Shown: positions 38,099 through 48,899 of the stretch, piece after piece | Position numbering within the stretch: position 1 is the stretch's first letter | How the letters are laid out: each line of letters starts with the position of its first letter | Assembly: GCA_963700155.1 (NCBI GenBank) | Contig: OY969472.1 | Coordinates: 1,064,690-1,128,689, forward strand | Direction: 5' to 3' | DNA from: an uncultured bacterium | GTDB taxonomy: Bacteria > Patescibacteriota > Dojkabacteria > J137 | DNA: 64,000 bases | Notes under the pieces: model-generated | What the model was told of the DNA's origin: nothing | Seen by the model: only the letters and a program-made list of their open reading frames with translations | Databases searched by the model: none | Translations under genes and position numbers: made by a program

Positions 38099-38838
38099 AC
38101 AAATATATATTTTTCTTGAGATACATAGTATTTACTTGTTTTGTCTGGAAGATTAGCATCAAGAGTTTTAACATCCTTTGATTTTTCTAATTTTTGAGAG
38201 ACTTCGTCATAATACTTTAATTGTTCTGAAGGAACATATTGAGAGAAAGCAGTTATAGTTTGTAAAATATTCTTATTATTATCTACCATATCGCAATTAA
38301 TAGGATAAATGTAATCAACTGGTTTTGAATACTTTTCAGATACATCTATATTCTCACCTGGGAAAATATAATCATGAAATAAAGGATCTAATGATATAAC
38401 TGTATATTTTTTAGGTTTTGATTCAAGAATAATTTTATTACGAAGATTTGGATTTCCATCTTTATCAGATGTAACTCCTGATTTAAAAAAACAATAACCT
38501 GAATTATCGTTTAGAGAAATTTCAATTAATTGAGCTGTTCTATTTATACCTTCAACATTAATTGTTCCTAAATCTTTCTTATTTTCATCTATTAAGTTTA
38601 TATCGAAATTACTTGAAGTATTTATAACAATTTTCTTTGAATCAAATGGTTGAATCAAATAATCTGAGCCTTTTAAAGTAAATGTTATTGGAACTTTATA
38701 GAAATTAACAATCGAAATTGTTTTATCTTCAACCTTGAAAATAATAATAAACAATATAGTTAGAATTACAGATATGACTGTTAAACCAATAGCAATTAAT
38801 GAAGTTGAAATTCTGTATTTGCCGATACTTAAATACAT
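38089..38838 (-). CDS. hypothetical membrane-anchored protein
   Basis: 249 aa with an N-terminal TM helix. Confidence 0.4.
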   Translation of the reverse strand: MYLSIGKYRISTSLIAIGLTVISVILTILFIIIFKVEDKTISIVNFYKVPITFTLKGSDYLIQPFDSKKIVINTSSNFDINLIDENKKDLGTINVEGINRTAQLIEISLNDNSGYCFFKSGVTSDKDGNPNLRNKIILESKPKKYTVISLDPLFHDYIFPGENIDVSEKYSKPVDYIYPINCDMVDNNKNILQTITAFSQYVPSEQLKYYDEVSQKLEKSKDVKTLDANLPDKTSKYYVSQEKYIFVYE

Positions 38839-38921
38839 TTTACGGTTATATATTAACTAATCTTAAACATAATACATCATAAAATTTGAGCTTCAAAGTT
38901 TTAAATAAAATAGGCGAAAAT

Positions 38922-41402
38922 TCATATTCGTTTGAATATGAATTTTCGAAATTCTTCAACTATAATAAATGATAACCCAAATATTAATGAGTAAATCCAT
39001 ATATCTGAACTTACAGGAATTGTTTTTAACAACATATTCATAAAACTATTATAAACAGCAAAAGTTAGAAGTATAGCCTCTATAATAATTGCAATAATTA
39101 CAGGTTTATTTTTAAAAATACCAATCTTAAAAATTGAATTTTTTTCACTTCTGGACATTAATGCTATAAACCATTGAGGAACAGCAAGAAATATAAGTGT
39201 AGCCGTCCTTGCATATTCAATACTATTACTCGATGAAATTAATATAAAGAAAAGGATTCCTAAAACACCCATATAGATCCCATAAAAAAGAACTCTAGAA
39301 ATTAAAAATGGATCAAGAATACTCCCTTTATATCTTTTAGATGAGTTTTTCATTACATCTTTTTCTTCTGGTTCGGTAGCAAGGGTGACATCTAAGAAAC
39401 CATCAGTAACTAGGTTAAGCCAAAGTAATTGTGAACCTAATAATGGAAGTGGCAATCCTAGAAATAATGATGATAAAATTGTTATAACTTCACCAACCGA
39501 GGTGATAAATAAGTATGTTATTACCTTTTTCAAGTTTTCGAAAACAACCCTAGCTTCTTCTAAGCCACTGACTATTGTTGAGAATTTATTATCAAGTAAA
39601 ACCATATCTGCAGATTGTTTTGCAACATCTGTTCCTCCCTGACCCATTGCTATTCCAATATCAGCTTTAACTAATGCTGGTGCATCGTTCACCCCATCAC
39701 CAGTCATTGAGACTACATGATTTTTCTTCAAAAGCATATCAATTAATTTGACTTTATTTGATGGTGTCGCGCTATATATTACTGCAGTATTATCAATATC
39801 AATAGATGATCTTGATTCCTCTGTATCAAGTTCATCACCTTTTATAATCTTTTTATTTTTAGTTAAAATTCCAACTTGAGTTGCAATTGCATTTGCAGTA
39901 TTTTTAAAATCTCCGGTTAACATAATAATATTTATTCCACTTTCTTGACATTCACGTAAAGAATCTTGAACATCTTTTCGTATTGGATCACTAAAAACAA
40001 GAACTCCTTCAAATTTAAGTCCAGTTAAATCTTCATGATTAAAAGTTTTCTTTGTAATATGTTTTGAAGCGATTCCAATCGTTCTAAATCCAGACTCTCC
40101 TAATGATTCAAAATAATCTTTAACTACTTTCTTTTGAGAGTCATTTTTGAAGGCGCACATATTTAATAATATATTTGGTGCGCCTTTTACAATTATTGTA
40201 TTTTTGCCATCAATAGTATTAAGAGTTGCTTGATATTTATATTCACTATCAAATGGAATTTCGTCTATTCTAGGTGATTCATTTCTTGTATTATCTATGT
40301 TTAAGTGATTATTTTGAGCGTACTTAAGAATAGCAATGTCCATTAAATCACCTTGAGCTTCTTTACTAATATAAGCATCATTACATAGAACTGTCATCTT
40401 AAGTAAATCAGCATTATTATCATCAGTTAGGAAGTTATTTTTATAAGTTGTTAATTTACTTTGAATAATATTACCCTCAGTAATTGTTCCTGTCTTATCA
40501 ACACAAATAACATCCGTACTAGCTAATGTTGAAGCAGAAGCGAGGTTTCTTATGACTGCATTCTTTTTACCCATTCTAAATACACCAATTGCTAATGTTA
40601 TTGTAATTACAACAGGTAACCCTTCAGGTATTGCCGATATACCTAATGAGACACTAGAACGAGCTATATCTTCTACTGGATAAAATTCAGCAACTCCTAG
40701 AAAGAACATAAACAGCACTATAGCTATAACAACAAACATTATTTTTTTAGTTAATCCTTTTAAATCTTTTTCCAAAGGAGTTATATCTTTATCTTTTCTT
40801 GAAACAACTTTTGTAATTTGACCTAACTTTGTTGACATCCCGACACTTTCAATTTTAATAATCGCCCTACCTGAAGTTACAAATGTTCCCATAAATACTT
40901 TATTATTCTCTTTATCTTTTATTGCTGGAAATGACTCACCTGTTAATTGTGATTCATCTACCTGAAGGTTTTTAGATGCTAGTATAGTTCCATCTGCAGG
41001 AACACGATCACCGGATTCGAGAGATATAATGTCATTTTTAGTGATTAAACTACTTTCAAGAGTAATAAGATAACCATTTCTAATAACTTTAGATTTAGGA
41101 GAAAGATAACTTTTTAAAGATTCGACTGCATTTTGAGCTTTAAGTTCTTGGAAGTATCCCACAAAGGTGTTTACTACTATTACCAAAAATATAACAACAA
41201 CATCTGTATAGTCTTTTAGGAAAAACATAAGTATCCCGATTATTATTAGAAAAATAATTAAGGGACTTTTAAGTTGATTTAAAATAAGTTCTAAAGTGGT
41301 GATTTTTAATGTATCTTCAATTTTATTTAATCCATATTTCTTGATGTTTTCATTTGCTTGATCGTCAGTAAGTGATACTGAAAAAAAATTCGATATGTCC
41401 AT
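38922..41402 (-). CDS. cation-transporting P-type ATPase (type II, Ca2+/Mg2+-like)
   Basis: DKTGTIT phosphorylation site; TGDGVNDAPAL hinge; 826 aa with about 10 TM helices. Confidence 0.85.
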   Translation of the reverse strand: MDISNFFSVSLTDDQANENIKKYGLNKIEDTLKITTLELILNQLKSPLIIFLIIIGILMFFLKDYTDVVVIFLVIVVNTFVGYFQELKAQNAVESLKSYLSPKSKVIRNGYLITLESSLITKNDIISLESGDRVPADGTILASKNLQVDESQLTGESFPAIKDKENNKVFMGTFVTSGRAIIKIESVGMSTKLGQITKVVSRKDKDITPLEKDLKGLTKKIMFVVIAIVLFMFFLGVAEFYPVEDIARSSVSLGISAIPEGLPVVITITLAIGVFRMGKKNAVIRNLASASTLASTDVICVDKTGTITEGNIIQSKLTTYKNNFLTDDNNADLLKMTVLCNDAYISKEAQGDLMDIAILKYAQNNHLNIDNTRNESPRIDEIPFDSEYKYQATLNTIDGKNTIIVKGAPNILLNMCAFKNDSQKKVVKDYFESLGESGFRTIGIASKHITKKTFNHEDLTGLKFEGVLVFSDPIRKDVQDSLRECQESGINIIMLTGDFKNTANAIATQVGILTKNKKIIKGDELDTEESRSSIDIDNTAVIYSATPSNKVKLIDMLLKKNHVVSMTGDGVNDAPALVKADIGIAMGQGGTDVAKQSADMVLLDNKFSTIVSGLEEARVVFENLKKVITYLFITSVGEVITILSSLFLGLPLPLLGSQLLWLNLVTDGFLDVTLATEPEEKDVMKNSSKRYKGSILDPFLISRVLFYGIYMGVLGILFFILISSSNSIEYARTATLIFLAVPQWFIALMSRSEKNSIFKIGIFKNKPVIIAIIIEAILLTFAVYNSFMNMLLKTIPVSSDIWIYSLIFGLSFIIVEEFRKFIFKRI

Positions 41403-41464
41403 TAATTCATTTTAAGAAACAAAATATCTTATTATAAAGAATTATCAATAAAGTTATAAGTATA

Positions 41465-42166
41465 TTATTTTATATTGAATATAAGTCTATAAAGTTTTTT
41501 AACTAATTTTTTTACATAACTAGTATGATCAAGAAGTATTACTAAGATACAAAACCATACTATTCCTAAACAGTAACTTGCTAATACATCACTGGTCCAA
41601 TGAACTCCAAGATAAATTCTTGAAATACCAATTAATAAAGTTAGTACAATACCTAAGAAAATTACAAAATACTCAAAATATTTATTTTTTATTGCTCTAG
41701 CTAAGAAATAAAATATAACACCATAAAAGGTTACAGCTATAATAGTATGAGCGCTTGGGAAGCTAAAGTTGTTTTCTATAACTAACGCATAATTAATGGG
41801 TGGTCTGGGTCTTTCAATTATAAACTTAATTATAGTGACAAAAATTATATTAAAAACTAGAGAAATTAATAATACTAATGCATAATATTTATGTCTTTTT
41901 ATAATTAATATTGTTGTGACGAATATTACAACAATAGTAAGTTCTAAAGGATTGCCAAGAGATGTGATTAGTAAGAAAAAAGTGTTAAGCTTTTCGTTTC
42001 TATTAGTATAAATAAAATTTAATATTTGACTATCTAAAATTGTTATTGCTTCTTTTTCGACCACATTATCCAATAGTTTTATAAATACTATTAAGGAAAC
42101 AAATGCTACAAAAAGAAGTATTATTAACCTTTTATTATTCTTTAAATTATTGAAAATTTTATCCAC
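41465..42166 (-). CDS. PAP2-family membrane phosphatase (undecaprenyl-diphosphatase-like)
   Basis: KX6RP (ERPRPP), PSAHT and SRIYLGVHWTSDV motifs. The ORF-track start at 42253 runs 19 codons into the tRNA-Gly gene. A GTG at 42166 is the first plausible start clear of the tRNA; the exact start is uncertain. Confidence 0.55.
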   Translation of the reverse strand: MDKIFNNLKNNKRLIILLFVAFVSLIVFIKLLDNVVEKEAITILDSQILNFIYTNRNEKLNTFFLLITSLGNPLELTIVVIFVTTILIIKRHKYYALVLLISLVFNIIFVTIIKFIIERPRPPINYALVIENNFSFPSAHTIIAVTFYGVIFYFLARAIKNKYFEYFVIFLGIVLTLLIGISRIYLGVHWTSDVLASYCLGIVWFCILVILLDHTSYVKKLVKKLYRLIFNIK

Positions 42167-42195
42167 ATTATTTTTTACACCAAAATTGTAAGAAA

Positions 42196-42268
42196 AGCGA
42201 ATGACGAGGCTCGAACTCGCAACCTCTTCCTTGGCAAGGAAGCGTTCTACCAATTGAACTACATTCGC
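42196..42268 (-). tRNA. tRNA-Gly (anticodon GCC)
   Basis: Reverse complement folds as GCGAAUG...; anticodon stem CUUCC/GGAAG; loop UUGCCAA; T-arm GCGAGUUCGAGCCUCGU; discriminator U. Confidence 0.85.
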
Positions 42269-42376
42269 TTGAATCTGCCTATAATTATAGCTAAGAGTTA
42301 CTGAATTTCCAATAATGTTTCTTATATTAAATTATTTATGTTTTAGATGTAAAATCCTATATAATTACTATTAATT

Positions 42377-43549
42377 ATGAAAGATTATAAAAAACAACCA
42401 AAAATATTAATTACAGGTGGACATTTGACTCCTGCTATAGCAGTACTTTCAGAGTTAAAAAAGAGAGGTTACCAGAATTTTCTATGGGTTGGGCATAAAT
42501 ACAATCAACTTGGCAATAAACAACTTTCACCCGAATATCAAATTGTAACAATGAACAATATCCCATTTTTAAACTTAAGAACAGGTAAGATAATTAGAAG
42601 TAGAGATTTAAAATCTTTTTTTCAATTAATTAAACAAATATTTTTAATCAAATTCGGTTTAATTAAGTCGTTTTTTATAATATTAAAATACAGACCAAGT
42701 ATAGTACTTTCATTTGGTGGTTATTTGGCTGTTCCAGTCGTTATTAATGCAAAATTATTTAGAACTAAGGTTTTGACTCATGAACAAACAATTGTTGTAG
42801 GTTCAGCTAACAAATTAATCTCAAAATTAGCCGATAAAATTTTAATAAGTTGGGATTCTTCAAGAAAATATTTTAATGCAAAAAAAACAATTTTAACTGG
42901 AAATCCAATAAGGAGAGACATTTTTAAAGTTAAATCTGAAACTTTAACTCAATCATTTAATAATGAATTACCCATCCTTTTAATTTATGGTGGTAATCAA
43001 GGATCTCATGAAATAAATTTTAGGGTTTTTGATATTCTTGAAGAATTTTTAAACGATTTCAATATTATTCACCAGACTGGTAATTCATCTGTTACCAATG
43101 ATTTCACAAAAGCTAAACAATTAAAATTAAGATTAAATACTGTCTTAAAAGATAGATATACTATAAGAGACTATATTCTTCCTAACGAAATTGGTGAAGC
43201 ATTAAATAAAGCTGATATTATACTATGCAGAGCAGGTGCTAATAGTATTTCTGAGATTTTAGCTTTAGGAAAAATGTCTGTCTTAATTCCAATTCCTTGG
43301 GCTTCTCATGATGAACAAACTAAAAATGCTGAATTAGTTGCAAGTACAGGATTAGGATATATTTTAAAACAAAAAGATTCATTGACCTCTCAAACTTTAT
43401 TTCAAACAATATTACTTGCTAATAATCAATTAAAATCTGGTAAAGGATTTAACAATAAATCAATTGATGAATGTAAAGAAATTGCTAAACAATATATTAT
43501 CTTAGATGCACCATCTAAAGTTGCAGATGAACTTGAGAAGTTACTTTGA
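42377..43549 (+). CDS. murG: MurG-like undecaprenyldiphospho-muramoylpentapeptide beta-N-acetylglucosaminyltransferase (GT28)
   Basis: N-terminal ILITGGHLTPAIAV matches the G-loop of MurG; C-terminal GT-B domain; 390 aa. Confidence 0.7.
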   Translation: MKDYKKQPKILITGGHLTPAIAVLSELKKRGYQNFLWVGHKYNQLGNKQLSPEYQIVTMNNIPFLNLRTGKIIRSRDLKSFFQLIKQIFLIKFGLIKSFFIILKYRPSIVLSFGGYLAVPVVINAKLFRTKVLTHEQTIVVGSANKLISKLADKILISWDSSRKYFNAKKTILTGNPIRRDIFKVKSETLTQSFNNELPILLIYGGNQGSHEINFRVFDILEEFLNDFNIIHQTGNSSVTNDFTKAKQLKLRLNTVLKDRYTIRDYILPNEIGEALNKADIILCRAGANSISEILALGKMSVLIPIPWASHDEQTKNAELVASTGLGYILKQKDSLTSQTLFQTILLANNQLKSGKGFNNKSIDECKEIAKQYIILDAPSKVADELEKLL

Positions 43550-43841
43550 AGTTAAGATATCTATACCAATCTATTTTTTATATTTTCATAACATGATTAA
43601 TCATATAAATGCGTTAAAAGTAATTTTAGTTGTAGGGATTTGTGGCATGTTGTTTTCTGGTTATTTAAGTTATCAGGAATTATTTTCTAATGGATGTACT
43701 TTAGGTTGTTCTAGTTTACCAACAAGCAGTTTATTTGGTATTCCAGTATGTGTATTCGGACTTATTATGTATACTATTATTGTTGTAGTTTCAACATTAG
43801 GGTTAATAAGAAAAAATGTAAGTTCTGAAGCAAAAGTATGA
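43506..43841 (+). CDS. small membrane protein, VKOR-like N-terminal fragment
   Basis: 111 aa; TM, then Cys pair (GCTLGC), then TM. Overlaps murG's end and tag's start by 4 bp. Confidence 0.3.
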   Translation: MHHLKLQMNLRSYFEVKISIPIYFLYFHNMINHINALKVILVVGICGMLFSGYLSYQELFSNGCTLGCSSLPTSSLFGIPVCVFGLIMYTIIVVVSTLGLIRKNVSSEAKV

Positions 43842-44410
43842 AAAATAAAATTCGTTGTGGATGGTGTGAATCTTCTGATTTAATGCGGGATTATCATGAT
43901 AATGAATGGGGGACTCCAATTCATAATGATAAAAAACTTTTTGAATTTCTTATTCTTGATGCTTTTCAGGCAGGTTTAAGTTGGTCAACTATACTTAATA
44001 AGCGTAATAATTTTGCTAAAGCTTTTGATAATTTCGATTATAAAAAAGTAGCTAAATATGATGAATATGATTATAAAAGATTAATTAATGATGCTGGAAT
44101 TATCAGAAATCGTTTAAAAATTAGAGCAACTATAAATAACGCTCAAAAATTTTTAGAAATTCAAAAGGGATTTGGAAGTTTTGATAAATATATTTGGTAT
44201 TTTGTAAATTATGAACCTATAAATAACAATTTTAAAGATATGAAACAAATTCCAGCTAAAACTGAGTTATCTGATAAGATGAGTAAAGATTTGTTAAAAA
44301 GAGGATTTAAATTTGTAGGTTCAACAATATGTTACTCTTTTATGCAAGCTGCTGGATTAGTTAATGATCATGTTATAGATTGCTATAGATTTGAAGAAAT
44401 TACTAAATGA
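43838..44410 (+). CDS. tag: DNA-3-methyladenine glycosylase I
   Basis: CGWC...YHDNEWG.P..D...FE.L.L..FQAGLSW signature with zinc-ligand Cys/His. Confidence 0.8.
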   Translation: MKNKIRCGWCESSDLMRDYHDNEWGTPIHNDKKLFEFLILDAFQAGLSWSTILNKRNNFAKAFDNFDYKKVAKYDEYDYKRLINDAGIIRNRLKIRATINNAQKFLEIQKGFGSFDKYIWYFVNYEPINNNFKDMKQIPAKTELSDKMSKDLLKRGFKFVGSTICYSFMQAAGLVNDHVIDCYRFEEITK

Positions 44411-45696
44411 ATAATATAGAAAATAATTACAACTTAATAGTAATTGGCGGAGGAGCTGCTGGTATTATGGCAGCTATCTCCGCCAAAAGAACTCATAAGG
44501 ATTTTTCTGTTTGTATAATTGATAGAACCTTTGCACTAGGCAGAAAAATCCTTGTCTGTGGTGCTGGTAGGTGCAATATAACAAATATAAACTTAGATTT
44601 GAGCGTTGATAAACATTATTATGGAGCTGAAAGTAATTTTATAAAAAATATTTTTGAACAATTTGGATATAAAGATATTGTAAAGTTTTTTAATGATTTA
44701 GGAATTGAATTATATACAGAACGCAAAACAAATATTGGCAAAATTTTTCCAATAACAGATCAGGCAAAAACAGTAAATGCACTTCTGGAAGATGAATTGC
44801 AGAGGCTTGGAGTTGATATTATTTTAAATACAGAAGTTACTGAAATTAAAAAAGATAGTAATTTTGAAATAATTACTGAAAGTATTAATTATTCAGGATC
44901 GAGGAATCGAGTTAATGAATTTAATACAGAATATTTGATAATTTCAAGTGGTGGTAAAACTTATCCTGCATTAGGTTCAAATGGAAGTATGTATTCAATT
45001 TTGGAAAGACTTGGACATAGGATGGTTGAACCAGTTCCTTCAGCCTTACCTTTGGTTTCTAAAAATAAATTATCGCAAGAATTACAAGGAACAAAGATGG
45101 AACTGGAAGTAACATCAATTATAAATAATATCGATATTAAAACAAGAACGGATGATGTAATGTTCACCCAGTATGGATTTTCAGGACCTGCAATACTTAA
45201 TATAAGTAGAGAGATTTCAATAGAAATTAATAGATTACATAAAAGTGATTGTAAAATTAAATTAAATTTTTTTCCGAAAAAAAATATAGAAGAAGTAAAA
45301 AATTTATTTGAAGCAAGATGGAAGAAACGACCAAATCAAAGCATAGAAAAAAGTTTATATGGTTTGTTCCCAAATAAAGTAGCAACTTCTTTGTTAAAAA
45401 TAATAAAAATCGATAATAATAAAGTAGTTAACTCTTTGACAGAGCATGAAAAATCCAATTTATTCGAAAGTTTAACTTCTTTTATAGTTGAAATTCAAGG
45501 TACAAGAGGTTGGAATGAAGCTGAATTCACAGCAGGTGGTATTGATACATCTGAAGTTAAACATAATACTTTAGAGTCTAAAATTATAAATAACTTATTT
45601 TTTGCAGGTGAAATATTAGATGTTGATGGTGATGTAGGTGGTTTTAATCTCTCTTGGGCGTGGAGTTCAGGGTATGTAGCTGGAAAACTTCATTAA
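44407..45696 (+). CDS. HI0933/BaiN-family FAD-dependent oxidoreductase
   Basis: N-terminal IVIGGGAAGIMAA dinucleotide fold plus family-typical length. Confidence 0.65.
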   Translation: MNNIENNYNLIVIGGGAAGIMAAISAKRTHKDFSVCIIDRTFALGRKILVCGAGRCNITNINLDLSVDKHYYGAESNFIKNIFEQFGYKDIVKFFNDLGIELYTERKTNIGKIFPITDQAKTVNALLEDELQRLGVDIILNTEVTEIKKDSNFEIITESINYSGSRNRVNEFNTEYLIISSGGKTYPALGSNGSMYSILERLGHRMVEPVPSALPLVSKNKLSQELQGTKMELEVTSIINNIDIKTRTDDVMFTQYGFSGPAILNISREISIEINRLHKSDCKIKLNFFPKKNIEEVKNLFEARWKKRPNQSIEKSLYGLFPNKVATSLLKIIKIDNNKVVNSLTEHEKSNLFESLTSFIVEIQGTRGWNEAEFTAGGIDTSEVKHNTLESKIINNLFFAGEILDVDGDVGGFNLSWAWSSGYVAGKLH

Positions 45697-45707
45697 TTAT
45701 TATTTAT

Positions 45708-45750
45708 CGGCGCTCAATGTTTAAATTAACATTGAGCGCTTTTATAAAAA
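45708..45750. terminator. bidirectional rho-independent terminator between convergent genes
   Basis: 13-bp stem GGCGCUCAAUGUU-UAAAUU-AACAUUGAGCGCU followed by UUUAUAAAAA. Confidence 0.55.
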
Positions 45751-45751
45751 C

Positions 45752-46069
45752 CTATTTCATTACTTTCCAACTATCAGCCAATACAGTAACTGTTGCTTTT
45801 GGCTCCTTACCTTTTTTAGGTAAATAAGCGTCAACTTCAGGTTTACCATCAACAAGAACTTTATCTCCTTTTTTAATCTCTTTTAATACTTTTTCAGAAG
45901 ATTTACCAAACACTAATACATCGTAGTATGAAACTTCTGACTCTTTTGAAATAGGATTATATTCATTAATCCCAAGAGAAAACTTTGAGAATTTTTTATC
46001 ATTTTTCCCAGTGATTTCTTCAGCATCTCTTGTAGCATGTCCTACTAAATATATATGGTGCATATCCAT
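45752..46069 (-). CDS. SSB-like OB-fold protein (short; no acidic tail)
   Basis: YLVGHATRDAEE...YYDVLVFGK pattern of the SSB OB fold. 105 aa; the DLPF tail is absent. Confidence 0.5.
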   Translation of the reverse strand: MDMHHIYLVGHATRDAEEITGKNDKKFSKFSLGINEYNPISKESEVSYYDVLVFGKSSEKVLKEIKKGDKVLVDGKPEVDAYLPKKGKEPKATVTVLADSWKVMK

Positions 46070-46128
46070 AAATAAATAAAATAAAAAATAAGTATGGATA
46101 ATTTTTACAGAATTTTCTTACAAAATAC

Positions 46129-48081
46129 TTACATATTTTGAGTTTGTGGAGGATTTTGTGGTTGTTCTGGAGGTTGTACTGGTTGAGTTACATCTTCAAC
46201 ACTTGGGAGTTCTTTGTTTTCAATATCTAATTGATCACCAGCTGGTGCATTAATTTTATTAGATAAAATTTCATTTGGATTTGTTGTAATTAGATTATGC
46301 TCATTTTCACTGGCTACAACTTGTATTGCAACATGATTAGCACCTGCAAAGAATATTCCTTGGCCAATTCCAGCAGACATTAAGAAAGATTTTTCTCCAT
46401 CTGTAAGATAAAATACTTTTTGAAGTTTATCTATGGCTGCAGGTGATTGTTTTAATAAAATTTGCATTGCTGAGTTATTAACTATCGCTTTACCATAATC
46501 TGAAGTCAAGAAATCATCGACATCTTGAGTTATTGTCGTTAATCCTAATCCATACTTTCTTGCTCTTTTCGCGATTGAGTATACGAATCTAGCAGCATCG
46601 TCATATTGCATCATAATCCAAGCTTCATCTATGATTAACAATCTTTTTCTCTTGTCTCTTTTAATCTTTGTCCAGATATAATCAAGCATGACATACATTG
46701 CCATTGGTCTTAAATCTTCAGTTAAGTCACGAATACTAAATACTGTGAAAGTGTTATGAATGTCAATGTTTGATCTTTTATCAAATACACCAGCTGCAGA
46801 TCCTTTTATATATTTTTCTAATCTTGTTGCCATTGAATGAGCTTCATTTTCTGCCATTGCATTTAGTATTTTATATAAATCTTCTAAAAGCGGAGCTTCA
46901 TTAGTATGTGTAGATGGGTCTGGAGTAATCCCTTTTTCTTTATAAGTTAAAATTAAAGCTCTATCTAAAATTGCACTTTCTTCAGGAGTTATATTTCCTC
47001 CAAGCATCATTCTTATGAGTCCAGCAACTGTTAAAATTTTAAATCTAAGTTCATCTTCATCTTTTTGATATATACCTGATAATTCAAATGGATTTAATTT
47101 TTGAGCACCATCTTGTGAGAATGAAATATATTCACCACCAACAGCATTACATAATCTATCAAATTCTTTTTCAGGATCAATAATTATAATATCAACTCCA
47201 AGCATTAATGATCTAACTGCTTCTAATTTAACTGTATATGATTTTCCTGCTCCAGATGTTGCTAATACAACAGAGTTTGCATTTGGTAAAGAAAATCGAT
47301 CGAATATAACTAAAGAATTATTGTGTAGATTTATCCCATATAAAACACCTTTTTCCATAGTTAATTCTGAACTTACAAATGGAAAAGTAGTTGCTATGGC
47401 AGTTGTATCAAGATTTCTAAGCATATTTATCTTATCTTGACCGTAAGGAATTGTACTTTGAAAACATTCTTCTTGTTGTAGTGTAGCAACTTTAATAATT
47501 ACACCAATTGTTGACATAGTAGATTCTAAATTTTTTCCTACTTTATCCAATTCATCTAAACTATCTGCATGAATTGTAACGTAAAGTGCATATTGGAAAA
47601 ATTTTTCATTACCAGCTGCAAGTTGTTCTTGGAGTGTTAAAGCATCTTGAAGTTGTTGTTTGGTTACAGGATCTCCTTGTTGGCCAGATTCAACTTGAAT
47701 ATTTATAGTTGCTTGCATCTCGGCAATTTTTCTTTTAAGTACTTTTAATATTTCACCAGTATCATGTGGATAATAAAAAGTACTTATATCAACTGGATAT
47801 TCAAAATTGATTAATGGTTCAAGCCAGTTTGGGACAACTACACTTGGGAAACCTATTGCAAAATACGATCTGAAATATCTATTCCCAATTATCAAGTTAT
47901 TAAAATTAACTTCAATTGCTGAAGGAGCAATAATATCTTTAACATCAACCATCCCTTGTACAAATTTTTGTACAGCAGTTTGCTCTTTAGTTAGAGCTTC
48001 AGCTTCTTGTTGAGAAACTGGGTCATCGTTTTTCTTTTTAGTTCCTCCTGTTAAATTTTTAACAAAGTCAAGTAATGCCAT
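46129..48081 (-). CDS. VirB4/TrbE/CagE-family conjugative-type ATPase
   Basis: Walker A ATSGAGKS; Walker B LLIIDEAW; 650 aa; Pro/Gln-rich C-terminal tail. Confidence 0.7.
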   Translation of the reverse strand: MALLDFVKNLTGGTKKKNDDPVSQQEAEALTKEQTAVQKFVQGMVDVKDIIAPSAIEVNFNNLIIGNRYFRSYFAIGFPSVVVPNWLEPLINFEYPVDISTFYYPHDTGEILKVLKRKIAEMQATINIQVESGQQGDPVTKQQLQDALTLQEQLAAGNEKFFQYALYVTIHADSLDELDKVGKNLESTMSTIGVIIKVATLQQEECFQSTIPYGQDKINMLRNLDTTAIATTFPFVSSELTMEKGVLYGINLHNNSLVIFDRFSLPNANSVVLATSGAGKSYTVKLEAVRSLMLGVDIIIIDPEKEFDRLCNAVGGEYISFSQDGAQKLNPFELSGIYQKDEDELRFKILTVAGLIRMMLGGNITPEESAILDRALILTYKEKGITPDPSTHTNEAPLLEDLYKILNAMAENEAHSMATRLEKYIKGSAAGVFDKRSNIDIHNTFTVFSIRDLTEDLRPMAMYVMLDYIWTKIKRDKRKRLLIIDEAWIMMQYDDAARFVYSIAKRARKYGLGLTTITQDVDDFLTSDYGKAIVNNSAMQILLKQSPAAIDKLQKVFYLTDGEKSFLMSAGIGQGIFFAGANHVAIQVVASENEHNLITTNPNEILSNKINAPAGDQLDIENKELPSVEDVTQPVQPPEQPQNPPQTQNM

Positions 48082-48098
48082 TTTATATTTTTATAAAA

Positions 48099-48770
48099 TT
48101 AAGATCTTACAATACCACTCTCAATATCTTGTTCTCTAAGGTTTAATACATCAAGTCCAGTTTTGTCAGGTTCATAGACAGAATAATAAAGTTTAACCAA
48201 TTCATCATTAGTTAATTGTCTTGCAGCAATACCCATGTTACCGAATTGTTTAATCATTGCATCTCTTTTTGGATAAAGCTCTTCTTTAGCTTTACTTATA
48301 ACTTCAGTAACATTAACAATTTTTTCTTGTTTTCCAAATAATTGTTTTAACCAGTTTGTAGAAACCATTGGTGTTTTAGTTGAAGGTATTATTGTAAAAA
48401 ATCTTTTATCTAGAATTTCAGTTGCTTCTGTTAAATTATTAATAAACTCTTGATATATTGACACTTGATTAGCGATTGGTTCAGAAGCGGCTTTTCTTTT
48501 ATATGAATCTAAAAGTGTTAAATATTTTGCAATATCTGTTCTCTGAGTTCTAATCACTATTTGTACAGGAAATCTTATTGAATTAAGAAAAGCCGCGAAT
48601 GAATATATTTTTGCATCCTTTTCCTTAGAATCCAATAAATCAAAGTTAAGCGAGGTAGTTTCTAATACTAAAGAAACTTTCCCGTTTTTTAATAAAACTA
48701 AGTCATCTTTAATATCTTCAATATCCAAATGTTCTTGTGTACTGATTTTTTTTGCATCAAATATCCCCAT
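48099..48770 (-). CDS. hypothetical protein co-oriented upstream of VirB4-like ATPase (possible split VirB4 N-terminal domain)
   Basis: 223 aa, 17 nt upstream of the ATPase gene. Confidence 0.35.
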   Translation of the reverse strand: MGIFDAKKISTQEHLDIEDIKDDLVLLKNGKVSLVLETTSLNFDLLDSKEKDAKIYSFAAFLNSIRFPVQIVIRTQRTDIAKYLTLLDSYKRKAASEPIANQVSIYQEFINNLTEATEILDKRFFTIIPSTKTPMVSTNWLKQLFGKQEKIVNVTEVISKAKEELYPKRDAMIKQFGNMGIAARQLTNDELVKLYYSVYEPDKTGLDVLNLREQDIESGIVRS

Positions 48771-48899
48771 ATATACTAATTTACAATAATTTTATAATAC
48801 TAAAACAAGATATCAGAAATTAAGTGAAGATTAAAGATAGGCTTTTCCAGAAAATTTAATAGCTTTATCTTTTTAGTAATAATTTGATATAATCTTGGC

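Noticed and set aside
42197-42253. N-terminal 19 codons of the PAP2 ORF as given in the ORF track
   Set aside because: They lie inside the tRNA-Gly(GCC) gene on the same strand, so the true start must be downstream. A GTG at 42166 was adopted tentatively.
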